DNA of 64,000 nucleotides. Source: Candidatus Woesearchaeota archaeon. GTDB lineage: Archaea > Nanobdellota > Nanobdellia > Woesearchaeales > UBA10216. The notes under the pieces were generated by a model that ran no database searches, had not been told where the DNA came from, and saw nothing but the letters and a program-made list of their open reading frames with translations. How positions within the stretch are numbered: the first letter of the stretch is position 1; every line of letters starts with the position of its first letter. This document shows positions 57,775 to 64,000 of this stretch, one piece after another. The stretch spans positions 10,279 to 74,278 of the forward strand of contig JAGVYT010000001.1 of the NCBI GenBank assembly GCA_018303115.1, written 5' to 3'. The position numbers were made by a program, and so were the translations under genes.

Positions 57775-60700
57775 GCCAAAGAAGGTTTTGGTGCTTGGAA
57801 GCGGCGCCATAAAAATTGGGGAAGCCGGGGAGTTTGATTTTTCAGGCTCGCAAGCCCTCAAAAGTTTGCGGGAGGAGAGGATTGAAACGGTGTTGGTGAA
57901 TCCAAATATCGCGACAATTCAGACTGACAGCAGGATTGCTGACAGAATCTACTTCCTGCCGGTAACGCATTACTTTGTCGAAAAGGTAATAGAGAAGGAA
58001 AAGCCAGACGGGATACTGCTGGGCTTCGGCGGGCAGACTGCACTGAACTGCGGCGTTGAACTTTACGACAGCGGAGTGCTGAAAAAACACGGGGTGAGGG
58101 TGCTTGGAACGCCTGTTGAGACGATAAAAGCCACTGAGGACCGCGAGCTGTTCGTAAAAAAACTTACTGAAATTGAATTGAAAACGCCAAAAGGAATAGC
58201 TGTTGACGGCATTGGGCTTGCATTGAAAGCAGCAGAGGTAATAGGCTATCCGGTCATGGTAAGGTCTGCCTATGCGCTTGGAGGCTTGGGAAGCAGGCTC
58301 TGCCGCAACAGCGGCGAATTAAAGGAGGCTGCAGAGATGGCTTTTTCTCACACCAAGCAAATCCTCGTGGAAGAATACCTGAACAAGTGGAAAGAGGTTG
58401 AGTATGAGATTGTCCGCGATGCGTATGACAACTGCATCACTGTGTGCAACATGGAAAACCTTGACCCGATGGGAATACACACCGGCGACAGCATAGTGGT
58501 TGCTCCATCGCAGACGCTTACCAACAACGAGTATCACAAGTTAAGGGCTATTTCAATCAAGCTGATAAGGCATCTCGGAATAGTCGGGGAATGCAATATA
58601 CAATTTGCGCTGGAGCCTTCAAGCGATGACTACCGAATTATTGAAGTGAACGCGCGACTCTCAAGAAGCTCTGCCCTGGCGAGCAAGGCGACAGGCTATC
58701 CGCTTGCATTTGTAGCTGCAAAGCTGGCATTGGGATACTCGCTCACTGAAATAAAGAATTCAATCACAAAAAAAACCATTGCCTGCTTTGAGCCATCCCT
58801 TGATTACGTTGTTGTGAAAATGCCAAGGTGGGACTTGAAAAAATTCAGGAACATCTCGCGCAGAATAGGAAGCCAGATGAAATCAGTTGGGGAAGTAATG
58901 GCTATCGGAAGGAAATTTGAGGAAGCGCTGCAAAAGGCAGTCAGAATGACTGATATAGGGGCGCATGGAATCGTCTGCAATGACTTCAGCTACGACATTG
59001 AAAGGGAGCTTGCAGAGCCAAGCGATGAAAGGATATTTGCGGTAGCGGAGGCAGTCAAAATCGGCTATAGCTGCGAGGAAATATCAAAGCTTACAGGCAT
59101 AGACGAGTGGTTTCTGCACAAAATAAAAAACATCACCGAGTTTGAAGAAAAGCTAAGAAAAAATGATTTTGACGGAACCGGCAGGGAGCTTCTTCTTCAG
59201 GCCAAGCAGCTGGGCTTTTCAGACAAGCAGCTTTCAATAATCTTCAATGTAAGCTACCTCGATGTGAAGAGGAAAAGGGACGAGTTAGGGATAAGGCCTG
59301 CGGTTAAGCAGATAGACACCCTTGCAGCAGAATACCCTGCACAGACAAACTACCTCTACCTGACTTACAATAGCGATGAGGACGACGTCAAATTCGAGGA
59401 AAAGAAGAAAGTAATTGTCCTTGGCAGCGGCGTTTACAGAATTGGGAGCAGCGTTGAGTTTGACTGGTGCTGCGTGAATGCAGTGCTAACGCTGAAGGAT
59501 TTGGGATACACAACTATCATGATAAACTACAACCCTGAAACAGTCTCAACAGACTATGACGTCTGCGACAAGCTCTACTTTGAGGAGATAAGCTTTGAAA
59601 CTGTGATTGAAATCTATGAAAAAGAGAATCCTGACGGGATTATTGTTTCCATGGGCGGCCAGATACCAAACAATATTGCAGTAAAGCTTGAGAATTATGG
59701 CGCAAAAATAATCGGAACACCTGCCAAGAGCATAGACAACGCAGAGGACCGCTACAAGTTTTCAAAACTTCTTGACGAACTGGGAATAGCGCAGCCTGAA
59801 TGGAAGGGGCTGACCAATTATGAAGAAGCCAGGGGCTTTGCAAACAGGGTTGGCTACCCTATACTTGTAAGGCCTTCCTATGTTTTGAGCGGTGCTGCCA
59901 TGAACGTTGCTTTCACTGATGCCGACCTTGAGACATACCTGACACGAGCCTCAAAAGTCAGCCAGGAACACCCTGTTGTCATAAGCAAATTCATGGTCAA
60001 TTCAAAGGAGATAGAGATAGATGCCGTAGCAAAAAACGGGGAAATCGTTGCCGAGGCAATAACAGAGCACGTGGAAAATGCAGGGGTTCATTCAGGAGAT
60101 GCCACCATGGTTTATCCAGGGCATGAGCTTTATGAGGACAGTGTTGAAAAGGTGAAAAGCATATCTGCGGCCATTGCAGGCAGGCTGAGGATAACCGGGC
60201 CTTTTAACATCCAGTTCCTAGCCAAGGAAAATGAGGTGATGGTGATAGAGTGCAACCTGCGCGCTTCAAGAAGCTTTCCGTTTGTATCAAAAGTCGGGAA
60301 GAACAACATGATAGAAACAGCGACAAAGGTAATGATGGGCGTAGATGTGAACTGCAAAGCCGCTGACATTAAGCATGTAGGCATAAAATCCCCCCAGTTT
60401 TCCTTCTCAAGGCTTACAGGAGCAGACCCAATCTCGACAGTTGAAATGGCATCAACCGGAGAAGTTGCCTGCCTTGGCGATGACGTGAACGGGGCTTTTC
60501 TTAAGGCGCTGATGGCAGCCGGGTTCAAACTGCCGAAGAAGAACGTGCTGCTCAGTTTAGGAGGTGAAGTCAACAAAGAGAAGTTACTGGAAAGCGCGAA
60601 GAAGCTGGAAGGAATGGGCTACAACCTTTTTGCAACGCACAAAACCTCAACATTTCTCAAAGAGAATAATATAGAAAACACCATGCTCCACAAAATAGGC

Positions 60701-60937
60701 GAGGACACCTCTCCAAACATAAAGGAATACCTAAGCAAAGACAAGCTGGACCTCATAATAAACATTCCAATAGAGTATACTGCCAGCGAGCTGGCAGACG
60801 GCTACACAATGAGAAGGAAGGCTGCAGACTTCGCAATACCCCTGATTACAAACAGGCAGCTGGCAAGGCTTTTCGTGGATGCGCTAAGCAGCAAAAAGAT
60901 TGAGGAGCTGGACATAAAGGCGTGGAATGAATACTGA
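57767..60937 (+). CDS. carB: Carbamoyl-phosphate synthase large subunit
   Basis: LGSGAIKIGEAGEFD, duplicated ATP-grasp domains, C-terminal MGS domain. Confidence 0.98.
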   Translation: MNKPKKVLVLGSGAIKIGEAGEFDFSGSQALKSLREERIETVLVNPNIATIQTDSRIADRIYFLPVTHYFVEKVIEKEKPDGILLGFGGQTALNCGVELYDSGVLKKHGVRVLGTPVETIKATEDRELFVKKLTEIELKTPKGIAVDGIGLALKAAEVIGYPVMVRSAYALGGLGSRLCRNSGELKEAAEMAFSHTKQILVEEYLNKWKEVEYEIVRDAYDNCITVCNMENLDPMGIHTGDSIVVAPSQTLTNNEYHKLRAISIKLIRHLGIVGECNIQFALEPSSDDYRIIEVNARLSRSSALASKATGYPLAFVAAKLALGYSLTEIKNSITKKTIACFEPSLDYVVVKMPRWDLKKFRNISRRIGSQMKSVGEVMAIGRKFEEALQKAVRMTDIGAHGIVCNDFSYDIERELAEPSDERIFAVAEAVKIGYSCEEISKLTGIDEWFLHKIKNITEFEEKLRKNDFDGTGRELLLQAKQLGFSDKQLSIIFNVSYLDVKRKRDELGIRPAVKQIDTLAAEYPAQTNYLYLTYNSDEDDVKFEEKKKVIVLGSGVYRIGSSVEFDWCCVNAVLTLKDLGYTTIMINYNPETVSTDYDVCDKLYFEEISFETVIEIYEKENPDGIIVSMGGQIPNNIAVKLENYGAKIIGTPAKSIDNAEDRYKFSKLLDELGIAQPEWKGLTNYEEARGFANRVGYPILVRPSYVLSGAAMNVAFTDADLETYLTRASKVSQEHPVVISKFMVNSKEIEIDAVAKNGEIVAEAITEHVENAGVHSGDATMVYPGHELYEDSVEKVKSISAAIAGRLRITGPFNIQFLAKENEVMVIECNLRASRSFPFVSKVGKNNMIETATKVMMGVDVNCKAADIKHVGIKSPQFSFSRLTGADPISTVEMASTGEVACLGDDVNGAFLKALMAAGFKLPKKNVLLSLGGEVNKEKLLESAKKLEGMGYNLFATHKTSTFLKENNIENTMLHKIGEDTSPNIKEYLSKDKLDLIINIPIEYTASELADGYTMRRKAADFAIPLITNRQLARLFVDALSSKKIEELDIKAWNEY

Positions 60938-60985
60938 CAAAATAATTTATAAAAGCGGGAAATTAACGATTCGGAGTTGGGAAAA

Positions 60986-61852
60986 ATGGCTGACATCGGA
61001 GTGAATCTTTGCGGGCTGAAGCTTGCGAATCCCACTGTGCTGGCTTCAGGAATTGTAGGAATAAGCAAGGCTTCGGTAAGCTATGCTGTAAAAAACGGGG
61101 CAGGGGGGGTAATACTCACTTACGAAGGCGGAATGCTGAATTCAGTCGGATACCCAAACCCTGGCATAGACAACATAGCAGAAGAGTTTTCCAACCTGAA
61201 AAGCGTGGGAGCGCCTGTGATAGGAAGCATAACAGGGAAAAATGCAGAAGAATTTGCGATGCTTGCAGGGAAGATAAACAAAATGGACTTTGCGGCAATA
61301 GAAATTGTAATGAGCTGCCCCCACACCCCGGGCTACGGCACAATGGCAGGGCAAAGCACGCCTGAGATAACCGAGGAAATAACAAAAGCAGTAAGGGCAA
61401 AGGTTACCAAACCGCTGTTTGTAAAACTTTCCCCAAACGTGATGGCAATATCAGAGATTGCAAAAGCTGCTGAAAAAGGAGGGGCTGATGCGATAACAGC
61501 TGTTAACACGCTAGGCCCAGGAATGGTTATAGACATAAAAAGCCGAAAGCCGGTTCTTGGAGGAAAAATAGGAGGGCTGAGCGGAGATGCGTTAAGGCCT
61601 GTTGCTGTCAGGTGCGTTTACGACATTTACAAGTCTGTAAAGATTCCAATCATAGGAACAGGCGGAGTGCTAACAGGGGAGCACGCGGTTGAGATGATAA
61701 TGGCAGGGGCAACAGCTGTGGGAATAGGAACTGGCGTTTACAACCGCGGAATAAGCGTTTTCAGGAAGGTTACTAGGGAGATTACGGCTTTCATGAAAGA
61801 GAATAACTACTCCACTTTGGAAGAAATGAGGGGGAAGGCGCATGAAGAATGA
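60986..61852 (+). CDS. pyrD: Dihydroorotate dehydrogenase class 1B catalytic subunit (apparent internal in-frame deletion)
   Basis: NPTVLASG, MLNSVG..NPG, SCPH, VKLSPN, NT, GGLSG, IIGTGG; the TKS segment is missing. Confidence 0.88.
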   Translation: MADIGVNLCGLKLANPTVLASGIVGISKASVSYAVKNGAGGVILTYEGGMLNSVGYPNPGIDNIAEEFSNLKSVGAPVIGSITGKNAEEFAMLAGKINKMDFAAIEIVMSCPHTPGYGTMAGQSTPEITEEITKAVRAKVTKPLFVKLSPNVMAISEIAKAAEKGGADAITAVNTLGPGMVIDIKSRKPVLGGKIGGLSGDALRPVAVRCVYDIYKSVKIPIIGTGGVLTGEHAVEMIMAGATAVGIGTGVYNRGISVFRKVTREITAFMKENNYSTLEEMRGKAHEE

Positions 61853-62648
61853 GATGCCTGTAACAGTGCCAATAAAGAAAGTGATAGACGAAGCTAATGG
61901 GATAAAAAGCGTAATTCTCCCTTACAGGCTTAATGCAAAGCCAGGGCAGTTTGCAATGATATGGCTGCCGGGGGTGGATTTAAAACCTGTTGGTGTTTCT
62001 TACCAGGACGAAAGCTCTTTTGGAATAACGGTATCTGCTGTAGGGGCATGGTCGAAAAAGATTTGTGAAATGAAGGCGGGAGAGCTTCTTGGGGTCATGG
62101 GGCCTTACGGAAAAGCATTCAAGCTTGAGGGAAAAAATATCGTCCTTATAGGAGGCGGGTACGGGGCTGCATCGCTGATGATGTTGGCAGAGAGAGCGCT
62201 TAAGGAAGAAACTAACGCCACTATGATTATTGGCGCCCGCAGCAGTGATTGCTTGATTTACAGAGAGCGTGTTAAACAGCTTGGTTTGAAAACAATCTTC
62301 ACAACAGACGACGGCAGCTTCGGGGAGAAAGGCTTTACTACAGATGTCCTGCAGAAAATCCTGAAAGAAGAGAAAGCGGATAAGGTCTTTGCAGTTGGAC
62401 CTGAACTGATGGAGAAGAGAGTAGCGGAGATTTGCCTCGAGAATAATGTGCCTTGCGAGATAAGCATTGAGAGGTATATGAAATGCGGCTTCGGGGTTTG
62501 CGGGGCGTGCAGCGTTGATGACGAAGGCAAACGCGTCTGCGTTGAAGGAACTGTCTTTAGCGGCGAGGAAGCGCTTAAAATAAGGGAATTTGGAAAATAC
62601 CATCGTGACGGAAGCGCACTAAAAAAAGAGTTTGGAGGGAAAAAATGA
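61842..62648 (+). CDS. pyrK: Dihydroorotate dehydrogenase electron transfer subunit
   Basis: KPGQF, GPYG, GGGYG, ERYMKCGFGVCGAC...VC.EG.VF. Confidence 0.93.
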   Translation: MKNEMPVTVPIKKVIDEANGIKSVILPYRLNAKPGQFAMIWLPGVDLKPVGVSYQDESSFGITVSAVGAWSKKICEMKAGELLGVMGPYGKAFKLEGKNIVLIGGGYGAASLMMLAERALKEETNATMIIGARSSDCLIYRERVKQLGLKTIFTTDDGSFGEKGFTTDVLQKILKEEKADKVFAVGPELMEKRVAEICLENNVPCEISIERYMKCGFGVCGACSVDDEGKRVCVEGTVFSGEEALKIREFGKYHRDGSALKKEFGGKK

Positions 62649-63568
62649 GCTTTGAAGGCCGTCACATACTGGCAATAAGCGATTTTACAAAAGAAGAGCT
62701 GCTCAGGATAATAAAAGTTGCAGGCGAGGTGGACAAAGACAGGGAAAAGCATAAGGACCTGCTAAGAGGAAAAATAGCTGCCACGCTCTTCTTCGAGGCA
62801 TCCACAAGGACAAGAATGTCATTCCAGGCGGCAATGCAGCGCCTAGGCGGCTCAATAATAGGCTTCTCCGACGTCTCAATGACGTCAATAAAAAAAGGAG
62901 AGAGCCTCCCTGACACAATCAAGATAGTGAGCGGCTATTGCGACGTAATTATAATGAGGCACCCCGAATCCGGAAGCGTTGCAGAGGCTGCAAAGGATGC
63001 AGCAGTTCCCGTAATCAACGCTGGAGACGGCACAAACGAGCACCCCACCCAGACAATCCTCGACCTTTACACCATAAAGAAGGAGCTTGGAAGACTTGAA
63101 GGGCTAAAAGTGGGCTTTGTGGGAGACTCAAAGTACGGAAGGACAGTCCACTCACTAGTAAGGGCGCTCAGCAATTTCAACCCGGAGTTTTATTTCATTT
63201 CCCACCCTTTGTTAAAAATGCCTGAAGAGTATCTGGAAGGGCTTAACAAAAAAGGCATAAAATACTTTGAGGAAACTGACTTGTTCAAAGTAAGCAAAGA
63301 GCTTGACGTCCTTTACGTAACAAGAATACAGAAAGAGAGGTTTGAAAGCGAAGAAGAATACAAAAAGGTAAAAGGGGCTTACCGGCTCGGCAAGTCTCTT
63401 GCAAAACACATAAGAAGCGACGCAAAAATACTGCACCCCCTTCCAAGAGTGGATGAACTGGACCCAGAACTGGACGAGCTTCCCCAAAGCATATACTTCA
63501 AGCAGGCCCATAACGGCATTCCAGTCAGGATGGCGCTGCTCGGGCTGGTGCTTGGGAAATTAAAATGA
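62645..63568 (+). CDS. pyrB: Aspartate carbamoyltransferase catalytic subunit
   Basis: FFEASTRT, KGES, HPTQ, RIQKER, HPLPR. Confidence 0.97.
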   Translation: MSFEGRHILAISDFTKEELLRIIKVAGEVDKDREKHKDLLRGKIAATLFFEASTRTRMSFQAAMQRLGGSIIGFSDVSMTSIKKGESLPDTIKIVSGYCDVIIMRHPESGSVAEAAKDAAVPVINAGDGTNEHPTQTILDLYTIKKELGRLEGLKVGFVGDSKYGRTVHSLVRALSNFNPEFYFISHPLLKMPEEYLEGLNKKGIKYFEETDLFKVSKELDVLYVTRIQKERFESEEEYKKVKGAYRLGKSLAKHIRSDAKILHPLPRVDELDPELDELPQSIYFKQAHNGIPVRMALLGLVLGKLK

Positions 63569-63786
63569 GCGAAAAGCTTAAGTTAACTTCAGCAGAGAAG
63601 AAAAAATACCTTTTGCCGACAAAGGCTGATTTTGAAATTTTAGACAAATGCAAACAACTTGAAAAATCGGGCTTGACGAAATATGACCGATTCTTGGCGA
63701 ATTTCATCAAAACCCAGTTAGAGAAGGACTGGAGAAAAACGCTGCTAAAAGAACTGAACAGGCTTTTGAGAAAATACAAAAGGTAA
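63565..63786 (+). CDS. Small basic hypothetical protein within the pyr operon
   Basis: Overlaps the pyrB stop; 73 aa; no Cys, so not PyrI. Confidence 0.6.
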   Translation: MSEKLKLTSAEKKKYLLPTKADFEILDKCKQLEKSGLTKYDRFLANFIKTQLEKDWRKTLLKELNRLLRKYKR

Positions 63787-63802
63787 CCAATTGTTGTGAA
63801 AG

Positions 63803-64000
63803 ATGACGTTAGCAATTGTCAACGGAAAAGTAATGGTAAACGGAAAGCTGGAAGACAAAAACATATTGATAGAAAATGGAAAGATAACTAAAATTACTGC
63901 GGATAAAATCAGCAGCAGCGATAGACTTGACGCTTCTGGAAAGATTGTGCTGCCAGGGCTGATTGACGTGCATGTTCACCTTCGCGAACCGGGACTTACG
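63803..64000 (+). CDS. pyrC: Dihydroorotase, 3'-partial
   Basis: MTLAIVNGK...ILIENGKI...LPGLIDVHVHLREPG; runs off the window end. Confidence 0.9.
   Translation, partial: MTLAIVNGKVMVNGKLEDKNILIENGKITKITADKISSSDRLDASGKIVLPGLIDVHVHLREPGLT

Overview
This 64-kb window looks like chromosomal DNA from an archaeon, most likely a DPANN/Woesearchaeota-type genome. That assignment is an inference from the archaeal 5S rRNA, aMBF1, AK6/Fap7-type kinase, TATA-box promoters, compact overlapping genes and a bacterial-type gyrA. Bases 1-35.7 kb hold a large, strand-scrambled surface-glycan and nucleotide-sugar cluster plus a Cys-rich surface protein. An AT-rich island (~25.55-29.8 kb) interrupts this cluster. 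It carries toxin-antitoxin and orphan genes separated by attC-like sites and direct/inverted repeats, resembling an integron cassette array with no integrase in view. Bases 35.8-55.5 kb hold housekeeping and hypothetical genes (5S rRNA, Rqc2/NFACT, AK6, YjbQ, MBF1, GT2s, THUMP methylase, gyrA, scpB, two MNT-HEPN pairs). Bases 55.7-64 kb are a de novo pyrimidine operon (carA-NUDIX-NUDIX-carB-pyrD-pyrK-pyrB-orf-pyrC). Three non-coding signals stand out. (1) Six dispersed intergenic palindromes share an apical CTTRMCYDG motif but have unrelated, self-complementary arms. (2) The cassette-like island has collapsed attC-like sites and gene-bracketing inverted repeats. (3) Two helically phased CGGAC iteron-like arrays lie inside and just downstream of a coiled-coil/winged-helix gene. 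All product calls come from motif recognition by eye; no searches were run.
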